NCBI GenBank assembly: GCA_964525555.1
Contig: CAZGHN010000005.1
Location: 20,515-84,514 of the forward strand
DNA length: 64,000 nt
Reading direction: 5' to 3'
Origin: an uncultured bacterium
GTDB lineage: Bacteria; Hydrothermota; UBA3072
Shown here one piece after another: positions 18,574 through 28,414 of this stretch. The translations under genes were made by a program, and so were the position numbers. The notes below the pieces were generated by a model. That model did no database searches. It worked only from the letters and a program-made list of their open reading frames with translations, and was not told where the DNA came from. Numbering within the stretch: the stretch's first letter is position 1; each line of letters begins with the position of its first letter.

Positions 18574-20103
18574 ATGAGAAAGTTAACAATAATCTTTTTG
18601 ATATTATCTGTATTATTTAGAGGGGATTTGTTTGGTGGCTTTCAGCCGCTTGAAGTATTAAAGATTGAAGATTTCGGTGCGAAGAGTAATGATGATATTC
18701 TTGATACCGAAGCTATAAATAAAGCAATCGATTCATGTTCTAATGTTGAAGGTGGGGTGGTTCTATTTTCCAATGGAACTTATCTTTCAGGTTCGATTCA
18801 TTTAAAAAGTGACGTAGTAATCCAAATTGATAAAGGGTCGAAGATACAAGCTGCGCCGATCGGAGCTAATATTTTCGATTCACCTGAGCCTAATAAATGG
18901 AGTAAGTATCAAGACGTAACTCAAAGTCATTTTCACAATGCTTTTATCTGGGGAGATAGCGTTAGAAAAGTTACTATAAAAGGAGGGGGTACAATAAGTG
19001 GGTCGGCTTCTCTTTTTGGTAGTTCAGGTAACGGTAAGGCAGATAAAGCTATTTCGCTCAGATTATGTAAGGATATTGTGATAGAGGATATAAATATAGA
19101 TGAGGGCGGACGCGTGGGTATTTTGGCTACAGGATGCGAGATAGTTCGTATAAATAATGTCAAGATAAAAACCCAGGGAGATGGAATCAATCTTATTGGT
19201 ACTAGAGATGCGGAGGTCGAAAACTGTGATATAAAAACAGTTGAATATAAGGAAAAAATGTCTATAGTAAGGGGAGATGCTATTGCTTTAAAATCCGATT
19301 ATTCCTTAGGCAGAAAATTACATTGCAAGGATATAAAAATCAGTGATTGTTTGATTTCTTCCTGTGGCAATGCAATACAGATTGGTCCGGAAAGCATTAG
19401 TGACTTTAAGAACGTACATATCTCTAATATTACGGTAAAAGTTGCAAACGATGCAGGTTTGATATTTACTTCAAACGATGGAGGGATAATTGACGGAGTT
19501 TTTGTTGAAAATGTTACCATGGAAAATGTTATGATTCCTATATTCATTAATTTATCCGATAGGAAAAGTGAGATTCCGGGGATTTCCAGTTCTTCTGGGA
19601 TGATAAAAAATGTTAGAATTAATAATTTCGTAGCTAAAGATGTTTATGGAAATAATAAAGATATAGGTATTACCAGTACAATTATGGGTAAACCTGGTAG
19701 GCCGATTGATAATATGGTACTTGAAAATATGAGGATAACTTACAAGGGCAGGAGTCTATCTTCTTTGGGACTTACCTCTGACCCTGCCGCAATTAAGGTT
19801 CCTGTCATTGATGATTACCGTCCGAAAGAATATGGACTGCGTCCGTCTTATGGCTTTTATTGTCGTTATGTTAAAGGATTGAGGATGAAAAATGTGTTTG
19901 TGGATGTGGAAGAAGAAGATCCGAGGCCCGCAATGATTTTAAATAATGTTAAAGGTGCAGCATTAGATCGTTTCTATGCCCACAGGACAGCTCTCAGGGA
20001 TTATGATATAATTCTGGATAATGTCAGTGATTTTTCGATGACCGCAAGTCTCGGAATAGTTAAAATCGAAAAGAAAGATTTTACTCCATTGACTGATTTT
20101 TAG
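18574..20103 (+). CDS. GH28/pectin-lyase-fold beta-helix glycoside hydrolase, secreted
   Basis: DFGA...DT.AI.KAI, GTYLSGSIHLKS.V, DGI, AIALKSD, NAIQIG.E, P.YGFYCR.V. Confidence 0.85.
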   Translation: MRKLTIIFLILSVLFRGDLFGGFQPLEVLKIEDFGAKSNDDILDTEAINKAIDSCSNVEGGVVLFSNGTYLSGSIHLKSDVVIQIDKGSKIQAAPIGANIFDSPEPNKWSKYQDVTQSHFHNAFIWGDSVRKVTIKGGGTISGSASLFGSSGNGKADKAISLRLCKDIVIEDINIDEGGRVGILATGCEIVRINNVKIKTQGDGINLIGTRDAEVENCDIKTVEYKEKMSIVRGDAIALKSDYSLGRKLHCKDIKISDCLISSCGNAIQIGPESISDFKNVHISNITVKVANDAGLIFTSNDGGIIDGVFVENVTMENVMIPIFINLSDRKSEIPGISSSSGMIKNVRINNFVAKDVYGNNKDIGITSTIMGKPGRPIDNMVLENMRITYKGRSLSSLGLTSDPAAIKVPVIDDYRPKEYGLRPSYGFYCRYVKGLRMKNVFVDVEEEDPRPAMILNNVKGAALDRFYAHRTALRDYDIILDNVSDFSMTASLGIVKIEKKDFTPLTDF

Positions 20104-20130
20104 CGTAGAATACTTGTCTCGCCATTGATT

Positions 20131-20418
20131 AAGGTTTCAAGGATTCAAGGTTTCTAGGTTTCAAGTAAAAAAGAAAAAGCTACAATTTCTACATGTGGAA
20201 AAAGAAAGCTGTTGGCTGACATCCGATTGCTAACGGCAAAAAATCTCTGTGCTCTCTGTGACTATTATTCGGGGTATAGTATTTAGGGTATAGGGTATAG
20301 TAGGAAGATATTTGTGCAATTTGTGCTATTTGTTGTTTTTCTTAGTTTTGGTGGAGTTGAGGGTTTTAAGACAAAAATATTTTTTTTATCCGTGTGTATC
20401 TGTTTTAATCCGGGGCTA
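20131..20418. repeat. Intergenic repeat mosaic (about seven motif blocks)
   Basis: aaggtttcaaggattcaaggtttctaggtttcaag; ctacaatttctacatgtg; gctgac...gctaacggc; ctctgtgctctctgtg; gggtatagggtatag; atttgtgcaatttgtgctatttg; atccgtgtgtatctgttttaatccggggcta. Confidence 0.8.
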
Positions 20419-20481
20419 ATTATTTGGGTGGGGAGGTGTTGACAACGTATTAATCCCATATAACTTTAAAATGTAAAAATC

Positions 20482-21684
20482 ATGAAATATTTAGTGTTTT
20501 TAGCAGATGGCATGGCAGATGAGCCTATCACGGAGTTAAAAGGGGAAACCCCTCTTGAAGTAGCCAATACTCCGGGATTGGATTCTCTTGCAAAAAGAGG
20601 TTCACAGGGCACACTCGTTACAATTCCTGAACCTTTCCCTACCTCCAGCGATGCGGCGAATCTTTCTGTTCTGGGCTACGACCTTGCGAAGAACTATTGC
20701 GGAAGGGGTCCGATTGAAGCTGCAAGTAAAAATATAGAATTGGATGAAGATGAGATAGCCTTCAGGTGTAATCTTATAACTATACGCGACGGGCTATTGG
20801 AAGATTATGCTGCTGGGCAGATTGATCAAAAAAATGCAGAAAGTTTGATAAAATTATTGAATAAAGAATTAGGAAATAAGAAAATTACTTTTTACCCGGG
20901 AGTAAGTTTCAGGAATATTTTAGTGCTTAGAGGAAAGGAATTTTCCGATGGGATAGAATTTTATAAACCGGATTCTAATCAAGGTAAAGAGTGGAAAAGG
21001 ATTCTGCCGCGTGCTAAATCCAAGGAAGGAGAAGCAACTGCTGGTATTATTAATGATTTAATAGAGAGAAGTGTTGAAGTTTTAAAAAATGCATCTCCCA
21101 ATCTAACACTTATCAAAAATAACAAAAAGCCTGCGAACTGTATATGGCCTTGGAGCCCGGGAAGAAAACCCCATTTTGAATCGTTTGAAGATAAATATAA
21201 TAAAAAAGGTGCCGTTATATCTGCTGTTGATGTGATTCTTGGAATCGGTAAGTTGACCGGGATGGGGGTTGTTAAACCCGACGGGGCTACCGGTTTTATA
21301 GATACTAATTTTGAAAATAAAGTTGAGGCTGCTCTTGATGCTTTAGAGAGTAATGATTTTGTTTATCTGCATATAGAAGCAATCGATGAGTGTTCTCATA
21401 TGGGGGATCTCGGATTAAAAATAAAAGCTATAGAAGAATTTGATAAAAGATTGGTTAGTCCAATTTTAAAGAAAATTGATGATAATGTGACTGTTGGGGT
21501 GCTTCCTGACCATCCCGTTCCAATAAGGTTGAGGAAGCATACCAGAACGCCGGTTCCTTTTTTGATTTCGGGTAAAAATGTGCCGAGGGATGGCCATACT
21601 GAATATTCGGAGAAGATTGCCGTAAAAGGTGGATTGGGTCTTCTGGATAAGTATACTTTTTTGGAAACGTTGTTTAGGTATTGA
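20482..21684 (+). CDS. apgM: Cofactor-independent phosphoglycerate mutase, archaeal type
   Basis: DGMADEP, TPLEVANTP, SD.ANLSVLGYD, GRGPIEAAS, H.EA.DE.SH.G, PDH..P, H...PVPF. Confidence 0.92.
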   Translation: MKYLVFLADGMADEPITELKGETPLEVANTPGLDSLAKRGSQGTLVTIPEPFPTSSDAANLSVLGYDLAKNYCGRGPIEAASKNIELDEDEIAFRCNLITIRDGLLEDYAAGQIDQKNAESLIKLLNKELGNKKITFYPGVSFRNILVLRGKEFSDGIEFYKPDSNQGKEWKRILPRAKSKEGEATAGIINDLIERSVEVLKNASPNLTLIKNNKKPANCIWPWSPGRKPHFESFEDKYNKKGAVISAVDVILGIGKLTGMGVVKPDGATGFIDTNFENKVEAALDALESNDFVYLHIEAIDECSHMGDLGLKIKAIEEFDKRLVSPILKKIDDNVTVGVLPDHPVPIRLRKHTRTPVPFLISGKNVPRDGHTEYSEKIAVKGGLGLLDKYTFLETLFRY

Positions 21685-21707
21685 TTCTTTTGAGAAGAAT
21701 CAGTACA

Positions 21708-21835
21708 GTTGGATAGTTAAATTGTTGAATGGTAATATAGATCCTTCGGATCAGTTGAATGGTTGAATTGTTGAGTAGTTGAATAGCAAAAAAACAAAAA
21801 ATAAATTAGTGTTTATCCGTGTTAATCCGTGGCTA
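21708..21835. repeat. Intergenic repeat mosaic (8-mer GTTGAAT(A/G) run with embedded mini-hairpin, plus family A triad)
   Basis: gttgaatggtaatatagatccttcggatcagttgaatggttgaattgttgagtagttgaatag; attagtgtttatccgtgttaatccgtggcta. Confidence 0.85.
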
Positions 21836-21862
21836 TATTTTGGGACTGCTTGCCATGGATCT

Positions 21863-24289
21863 CTAATTTATTAAAATTAACTTTTTCGTTTCCCTTAAAC
21901 TGTCTGTCTTAAATTGAATGAAATAGACCCCCGGGAGGAGTCTTTTGCCCTGACTGTCTTTTCCATTCCAATTAATTGAATGGTGACCGCGTTCTAACTT
22001 TCCTTCGAGCAGTTTTTTTATCAGTTTTCCGGTCACATCAAAAACTTTTAAAGAAGCGTGGGTCTGTGAAGATGTAGCTATGTAATTGATAATAATTTTA
22101 TCCGCTCCCAATACCACAGGGTTGAAATATAATCCTGTATTTGCAGAAGGATCACTGAACTTCTTGATCCCTGAAAAATCCTGGGTTTCCCATTCATCGT
22201 CAGTTACATAATGGTGCGGGTACGTAATTGGTCCGAGCTGTGATGTGTCTAGGAAAGAGAAAGCCCAAACAGGTACATCTGGTGGAGCACTCTGTAGCGT
22301 ATCACGCCATGCTTCGTCGGTCAACCTGTCGGATATCGGCTGGAGAAATTCATAATAGGAAAATCCGGCTCCCCAGCTTACGACTAGTTCGCCATTTAGC
22401 GGGACAATCACATATAGGTTAAAGGGATAGCCTACACCTTCTTCGAGGCAGTAGCCAGATATCAAATCGGTATGCACATCGGCAACAACCGGCGTACACT
22501 CTTCGTTATATACAGATAAGTCTCCACTGAAGAAGTGTCTTTGATAAGAATTTTCAAAAGTTAGAAGTTCAGCCATTTCGGCTCCTATACCTGTAATTGC
22601 CCTGTCTTCTTCCTCTGTAATAATTTGATTTGTAAGTTCTTTTTCTGCTATTGTTTTCAAGGTAAGCAGTAGGTTTTCAAGACCTGAAAGCCTTGCCTCG
22701 AAATCATAGTAAAGCAAATCAAGGTTATTTAGTCCTTCACGCATATAATCCGCGAGTGAAGCAAGCCTTCCGTAAAACCAGGGATTTGGTTCTACATACC
22801 CATGAATTGTTGGTGAAGGAGTTTTAATACTCCCGAAATAAGTTTGTTTTGCGTATAGTATTGTGTTATGTCTGAGTTCAGTCCAGCTCCCTAAAGCGGC
22901 GTAAAGTTCCTTGTTCTCCCATGCCGTATTTTGCATGAAGGTCGGGAACCCAGTACCTTTTACAAAAGTAAACGGCATAAGGCAATATAGCCAGTTCCAG
23001 TAAAGAGTTTGAACCCATGCTTCTTCGGGTTTTGCGTCAAACCGGGTTCTGAGTGAGCTTAGTGAGTCAAACACCCAGCTGGGTTCAGAATATACCGTAT
23101 CCAGGATTTCGACAGCTCTGTCGGACCCGAGTACCGCCATTACATCTAAACCTTTGGGAAATGTTCTATCAATATTTATTAGATGGGTGAACATGTATGA
23201 ATCAGGTGTAAATCTCTGCCCCATAAATCTGAATCCCTTTGGTGTAAGACTCGCTATTTCGGGACCCGGCAGTGAATCCGCTTTTATAATAAATTGTTCA
23301 AGTAGAGAATCATTCGCAAAAGTATCTGCCGGTAGTGAAGCAAAATTCTCTCCATAGATATCTTCCATTATCTCCTTATACTGATAGATATTAATGTCGT
23401 CAGTTTTACCTACATAGAAAACAGTGGGCAGATAAACTCTTTCCCATATGTCCATACCGGATTCTCCGCCTATTTCAGTATTATATATCGAATGGATTAA
23501 AAGGACTGCCATTCTTGTATGAAAAGTCGTCAGTCCCGGATAGCTTTGGTCATTTACAAAAGCTATTCTGCCATACCACATCATCGTTCTAAAATACCGT
23601 TCCAGTGTATCACTTATTGTATAATGTCCTCTTGGTACATATTGAGTGTAATCTTCCATGTAATCAAATATTGGTGAAGGAGATAGACCAGCGTGGGCTT
23701 GGATATACGTGAGTTCCGAATTCACAAGTGTATCCACCTCCGGTATGGGTGTAAATGAAGTGTCGAGAAGACATTTTGCTACGCTAAGATAAGCGAGATC
23801 TAAGCGCAGGGCTTCTTTTACAGAGGAATCGCTCACAAGAGTCCATTCTTCATTAATTATATCAATAAGTGTATCAGTAAGGTTCTCTATATCCGAAATG
23901 AGCTGTTGGGTTTCCGCAGTCTGGAGCATCTTGTCGTATAATTTATGATAGGTATGTAACAGCGCATCGCAGCTCACAAATATGGGGATTTCTTCTTCCC
24001 TTGCTTCGTTATAAATATCATACATCTCCATATAAGATGAGGGAGTTGCAACAAAAGCATTCTGGGATAAAAGTGATTCTTCTACGCCCGTAAAAGAGAA
24101 ACTGTCGATATTAATTACGTTGGTAAAGCCTGGATCTATCGTGTATGGTGTACTTGCAGGGGTAACATCTACAATGTGGGGATGGTACGTTCCGAATTCG
24201 GTTTCTATATCCTCGGTAATATCTGCGATCATATAAGCACTACCAGTGATACTGAAAATAAAATAGATTAAGATATATAAATTTTTCAT
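21863..24289 (-). CDS. DUF3160 domain protein with C-terminal FlgD/T9SS-like domain
   Basis: EDYTQYVPRGHYT, YFR.MMWYGR, FRFMGQRF.PDS, SWTELRH.TILYAKQ, GYVEP.P; C-terminal WNGKDSQGK...GVYF; start after AGGAGG. Confidence 0.88.
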   Translation of the reverse strand: MKNLYILIYFIFSITGSAYMIADITEDIETEFGTYHPHIVDVTPASTPYTIDPGFTNVINIDSFSFTGVEESLLSQNAFVATPSSYMEMYDIYNEAREEEIPIFVSCDALLHTYHKLYDKMLQTAETQQLISDIENLTDTLIDIINEEWTLVSDSSVKEALRLDLAYLSVAKCLLDTSFTPIPEVDTLVNSELTYIQAHAGLSPSPIFDYMEDYTQYVPRGHYTISDTLERYFRTMMWYGRIAFVNDQSYPGLTTFHTRMAVLLIHSIYNTEIGGESGMDIWERVYLPTVFYVGKTDDINIYQYKEIMEDIYGENFASLPADTFANDSLLEQFIIKADSLPGPEIASLTPKGFRFMGQRFTPDSYMFTHLINIDRTFPKGLDVMAVLGSDRAVEILDTVYSEPSWVFDSLSSLRTRFDAKPEEAWVQTLYWNWLYCLMPFTFVKGTGFPTFMQNTAWENKELYAALGSWTELRHNTILYAKQTYFGSIKTPSPTIHGYVEPNPWFYGRLASLADYMREGLNNLDLLYYDFEARLSGLENLLLTLKTIAEKELTNQIITEEEDRAITGIGAEMAELLTFENSYQRHFFSGDLSVYNEECTPVVADVHTDLISGYCLEEGVGYPFNLYVIVPLNGELVVSWGAGFSYYEFLQPISDRLTDEAWRDTLQSAPPDVPVWAFSFLDTSQLGPITYPHHYVTDDEWETQDFSGIKKFSDPSANTGLYFNPVVLGADKIIINYIATSSQTHASLKVFDVTGKLIKKLLEGKLERGHHSINWNGKDSQGKRLLPGVYFIQFKTDSLRETKKLILIN

Positions 24290-24364
24290 TTGTCCTCCTT
24301 GATATACCAATATAAGCATTTAAATTATTATTGTCAAGCTAACAGAGAAGCAAATATAAAAAAA

Positions 24365-24603
24365 CTTAGTTTCTTGGTGCCTTTGTGACTACTCTTTAGG
24401 ATTTCGGATTTAGGGCTTGAGATTTAAACAACAAAAATATTCTGCGTTCGTCTGCGTCATAACTCAAGATTTAGAATTTTGGGGTTGGGATTCCGTAAAC
24501 AAAAAAACTCTGTGTCTCCGTGGCTCTGTGCGAGGAAAATTTGGGGTTGGTGGGAGGATAGTTTTTAAAGCAAAAATATTTTTCTATCCTTGTAGATCTG
24601 TGG
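24365..24603. repeat. Intergenic repeat mosaic between divergent promoters
   Basis: cttagtttcttggtgcctttgtg; aggatttcggatttagggcttgagattt; 24441-24540 is an inverted copy of 18250-18352. Confidence 0.85.
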
Positions 24604-24633
24604 TCGACAAATAAGCTTTTTTACAAAAACCCC

Positions 24634-24661
24634 TTGACAAATTCCAAAATAAGGTTATAAT
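24634..24661 (+). promoter_or_regulatory. sigma70-type promoter of the lipid operon
   Basis: TTGACA-N16-TATAAT. Confidence 0.8.
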
Positions 24662-24767
24662 ACTTTATATGGCAAAGTTCTTTGTAAATTCTAGGAAAGA
24701 TATCTGCGAAGTGTGCTTGTGAAATAATTGTTGAATGTTATATTAATGGTTAGCGAGGAGGAACGAT

Positions 24768-26006
24768 ATGAGGAGAGTTGTGATAACAGGTATTGGAATA
24801 ATCTCTCCAAATGGTATCGGAAAGAAGGCTTTTTGGGAGTCTAACATAGAGGGTGAGTCGGGTGTTGGTATTATCGAAAAAATCAATACGTCGAAGTTGG
24901 AAACCAAAATTGCCGGTGAAGTCAAAAAATTTAATCCATCTTTATATATCGAAAAATCAAAAATAAAAATACTGGACCGTTTCGCGCAATTGGGGGTATC
25001 GTCGGCGAAAATGGCACTTGATGATTCTGCGCTTGAGCTTTATGAAATAAATCCCGAAAAGGTCGGAGTTTGTGTTGGTTCGGGGCTTGGTGGGGTTCTT
25101 TTTCATGAAGAGCAAATGATGGCTATGGATAAATACGGGCTAAGAAAAGCTAATCCAATGGGTGTCGTTAAAGTAATGCCCAATGCAATAAACTCTCATA
25201 TTTCGGTCGAGTTAGGATTAAAAGGACCGAATCTGACGATTTCTACAGCCTGTTCTTCGGGGGCGCATTCAATAGGTGAAGCGTTTAATCTGGTACGTTA
25301 TGGGAAGGCGGATGTTATGATAGCTGGTGGAGCAGAAGCTCCTTTAACACCTTTCACATTCAGTGCTTATAATTCTCTCCGGGTAATGTCCCGAAAGAAT
25401 GATTGTCCCGAAAAAGCTTCGCGTCCTTTCGATAAAGAAAGAGATGGTTTCGTTCTGTCGGAAGGAGCAGGTTTTATAATATTGGAAGAGATATCGCTTG
25501 CTCTTGCTAGGGGTGCAGATGTGTACTCCGAGGTAATAGGGTATGGAATGAACAGCAGTGCTTATCATATCGTTATCCCTAACCCGGAAGGCAAAGACAT
25601 GAGTGCAGTTATGAGATTGGCAATCGAAGATGCAGGAATTGAAAAGAGAGATATTGATTATATAAATGCACACGGTACCGCCACAAGGGCAAACGACCTT
25701 GCAGAGACAAAAGCTATAAAAGACGCTTTTGGAGATTACGCATATAAAATACCCATAAGTTCGACAAAATCTATGATAGGACACACTATAGGCGCGGCAG
25801 GAGCTATAGGAGTCATCGCTTCTGCTTTGGCTATCAAAAATGAGATAATACCACCAACAATAAATTATGAGAATCCAGACCCTGATTGTGACCTCGATTA
25901 TGTTCCTAATGTAGCCCGAGAAAGCAAGGTGAATACTGCCTTAATAAATTCATTTGGGTTTGGCGGCAGTAATGCTTCACTTGTAATTAAAAAATTTGAG
26001 AAATGA
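24768..26006 (+). CDS. fabF: Beta-ketoacyl-ACP synthase II
   Basis: STACSSG, SRPFDKERDGFV, INAHGT, KSMIGH, NSFGFGG (Cys-His-His triad). Confidence 0.93.
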   Translation: MRRVVITGIGIISPNGIGKKAFWESNIEGESGVGIIEKINTSKLETKIAGEVKKFNPSLYIEKSKIKILDRFAQLGVSSAKMALDDSALELYEINPEKVGVCVGSGLGGVLFHEEQMMAMDKYGLRKANPMGVVKVMPNAINSHISVELGLKGPNLTISTACSSGAHSIGEAFNLVRYGKADVMIAGGAEAPLTPFTFSAYNSLRVMSRKNDCPEKASRPFDKERDGFVLSEGAGFIILEEISLALARGADVYSEVIGYGMNSSAYHIVIPNPEGKDMSAVMRLAIEDAGIEKRDIDYINAHGTATRANDLAETKAIKDAFGDYAYKIPISSTKSMIGHTIGAAGAIGVIASALAIKNEIIPPTINYENPDPDCDLDYVPNVARESKVNTALINSFGFGGSNASLVIKKFEK

Positions 26007-26016
26007 GGGATTTGTT

Positions 26017-27450
26017 ATGAAAGACAAAAATAATGAAATTATAGATAAAATTAAGAAAATACTACTCGAGGCAGGAACAAATAAGGATATTGGTAAGGTA
26101 AAGATCGATTCAAAACTGGAAAGAGACCTGGGGATAGATTCTTTCGGCGCGCTCGAAGCACTATTTTCTCTGGAACAGGAATTCGGTATTACCATTTCGG
26201 ATAGGGATTTTTCTAAAGTTCGAACGGTACAGGATGTTATTAATTATATAGAGACGATATTAAAGGGAGAAAAATTCGAGGAAAATAAAAAGAGAAACTT
26301 CATTGAAAATCTCCATATAGATAAAAGCGAAGCCGATAAAATCAAATTTAATCCTTATTATAAATTAGTAGAGAGCAGTCTGGGCAGGGAGATATTAATA
26401 GAAGGCAAAAAATTGATATCTTTGGGCTCAAATGATTATCTGGGGCTTGCCAATGACGAAAAAATCAAAGAAGAAGCAAAACGAATATTAACGCAATATG
26501 GGATAAGTATGTGCGGTACACCGATAGTCGTGGGTCAAACGGATGTCAATAGAAAATTAGAAGTCAAAATAGCAGAATTTTTAAAACAGGAAGACGCAAT
26601 TATATTTCCATCGGGATTCCAGGCGAATATAGGAGTTTTTAAAACTCTATGTGATTCTGAGGATATAGTAATTGCGGATAAATCCGCCCACTCTTCTTTG
26701 ATTGAGGGAGCACTTATGTCCAATGCGTCCCTAAGATTCTTCCCTTTCAATGATACTTCTGCCCTGGAAGAAATCCTTAAAGTTTCCCAGGATTATAGGA
26801 TGAGATTTATAGTAGTAGAAGGATTATATAGTACGGAAGGTGCAAGTACTCCTCTTGACATAGTAAGCAAATTAGCCAAAGAATACAATGCTTTTATTAT
26901 TCTGGACGATGCTCACGGAGTGGGAGTTCTGGGTAGGGAAGGAAGGGGGGTTATGGAGAAATATGATATTTTCGATGTTGATTTGATTTCGGGTTCTTTA
27001 GGAAAAGCGATTGGCTGCTTCGGCGGTTTCCTGGCAGGAAAGGAAAAAATAATAGACTTTTTTAGATACAGACTCTCTTCTTATATCTATTCTACGGCGC
27101 TACCTCCTTCTGTTGCGGCTGGATGTTTATGTGCCATAGATTTAATCCCAAATTTATCCGAAAGACGTGACAGAATAAAAAATTATAAAGAAAAGCTTTA
27201 TACGGCTTTAAATAATATGGGATATAATCTGACAAATTCGACATCCCCTCTTTTCTCCTTATTATTTGAGGATACAGGTGAAACTCTAAAAATGACAAAA
27301 GCTTTATTTGAAAGAGGTGTTTACGGAACTCCTTTTCTTCCTCCAAGTGTTCCGAAAGAGTCCCCGAGAATCAGGCTTATCCCTAACGCCAAATTAGAGG
27401 AAGAAGATATAGAAAAAGTTATAGATGTCTTTGACGAATTAAAGGTTTAG
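26017..27450 (+). CDS. Acyl carrier protein fused to a PLP-dependent alpha-oxoamine synthase (serine palmitoyltransferase/BioF-like)
   Basis: N-terminal DLGIDSF...LEQEFGITI ACP; GSNDYLGLA, AHSSL, DDAHG.G, GSLGKA (PLP Lys), STALPP. Confidence 0.88.
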   Translation: MKDKNNEIIDKIKKILLEAGTNKDIGKVKIDSKLERDLGIDSFGALEALFSLEQEFGITISDRDFSKVRTVQDVINYIETILKGEKFEENKKRNFIENLHIDKSEADKIKFNPYYKLVESSLGREILIEGKKLISLGSNDYLGLANDEKIKEEAKRILTQYGISMCGTPIVVGQTDVNRKLEVKIAEFLKQEDAIIFPSGFQANIGVFKTLCDSEDIVIADKSAHSSLIEGALMSNASLRFFPFNDTSALEEILKVSQDYRMRFIVVEGLYSTEGASTPLDIVSKLAKEYNAFIILDDAHGVGVLGREGRGVMEKYDIFDVDLISGSLGKAIGCFGGFLAGKEKIIDFFRYRLSSYIYSTALPPSVAAGCLCAIDLIPNLSERRDRIKNYKEKLYTALNNMGYNLTNSTSPLFSLLFEDTGETLKMTKALFERGVYGTPFLPPSVPKESPRIRLIPNAKLEEEDIEKVIDVFDELKV

Positions 27451-27454
27451 ATCT

Positions 27455-28411
27455 ATGAAATATTTTCTCATTTATAATCCCACATCGAAACAGGGAAGAA
27501 GCAAAAAGAAATGGAAAAGAATTCTTCATTTGTTTGAGAAAGAAAAAGTAAATTTTGATTTTAGAATTACACAAAAAGAAGACGACGCTACATATTTGGC
27601 TTCTAAAGCGGCAGATGAAGGCTGGAATGTTGTCGTAAGTGTGGGAGGAGACGGTACAATAAGTGAGATAATAACCGGACTTTTTGAGACGGAAGGGTTA
27701 AAAAAGAGACCTAAATTGGGAGTTTTGCATGTGGGGACAAGTCCTGATTTTAACCGATATCATTGTATCCCTACCTATATAGAAGATGCTGTAGCGACTA
27801 TATTCAAGGGTAAAACGAAATTAGTCGACATAGGGAAAGTTACATATTCGATAAATAATAATGAAATACCTTTAGAGATGTTACCGATTCATCCCGATAG
27901 GAGAGTATCTTATTTCGGCAGTAATGTTAATATCGGTTTGGGTCCGAAGATAGCGTCTAAGGCAAACGGAAGGTTTAGAAAATTTTTAGGAGATTTTTGC
28001 GGAACATTGTTAGCAACGGTTGTTTCCATTTCAAATCTCAAAGGTTTTAATCTGACCATAAGTATAGATGGGGAAGAAAAAATTTTTTCTAATATAATAA
28101 ATTTAACAATAGGGAAAGATCCATTTCTCGCTTCCGGTATGAGAGTCTTTAGTGAGATTAAACCGGATGATGGAAGATTTTATGTTTTCAGCGTTAAAAA
28201 AACTTCTCTTGTGAATCTTTTATTGAATGTACCACGTGTTTACTGGGGAGATTTTTTGAAATACAAAGGCGCAGACCTTGAATACTGTGAAGAAATCGAA
28301 GTAAAATATAATAAAAAATATCCGGAGTTAGAGTTTGACGGAGACGCAAAGGGTTACCTGCCAGCTAAGATAAACTTATTACACAAGGCGCTGGAAGTGA
28401 TTATACCCTAA
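27455..28411 (+). CDS. Diacylglycerol/sphingosine kinase family lipid kinase (YegS/BmrU-like)
   Basis: IYNP.S, VGGDGT.SE, GTSPDF, VDIG, DDG, EFDGD. Confidence 0.85.
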   Translation: MKYFLIYNPTSKQGRSKKKWKRILHLFEKEKVNFDFRITQKEDDATYLASKAADEGWNVVVSVGGDGTISEIITGLFETEGLKKRPKLGVLHVGTSPDFNRYHCIPTYIEDAVATIFKGKTKLVDIGKVTYSINNNEIPLEMLPIHPDRRVSYFGSNVNIGLGPKIASKANGRFRKFLGDFCGTLLATVVSISNLKGFNLTISIDGEEKIFSNIINLTIGKDPFLASGMRVFSEIKPDDGRFYVFSVKKTSLVNLLLNVPRVYWGDFLKYKGADLEYCEEIEVKYNKKYPELEFDGDAKGYLPAKINLLHKALEVIIP

Positions 28412-28414
28412 ATT

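Noticed and set aside
26017-27450. Calling the PLP enzyme bioF or spt outright
   Set aside because: No bioA/B/D context, and the motifs (GSLGKA) do not separate BioF, Kbl and Spt without a phylogeny
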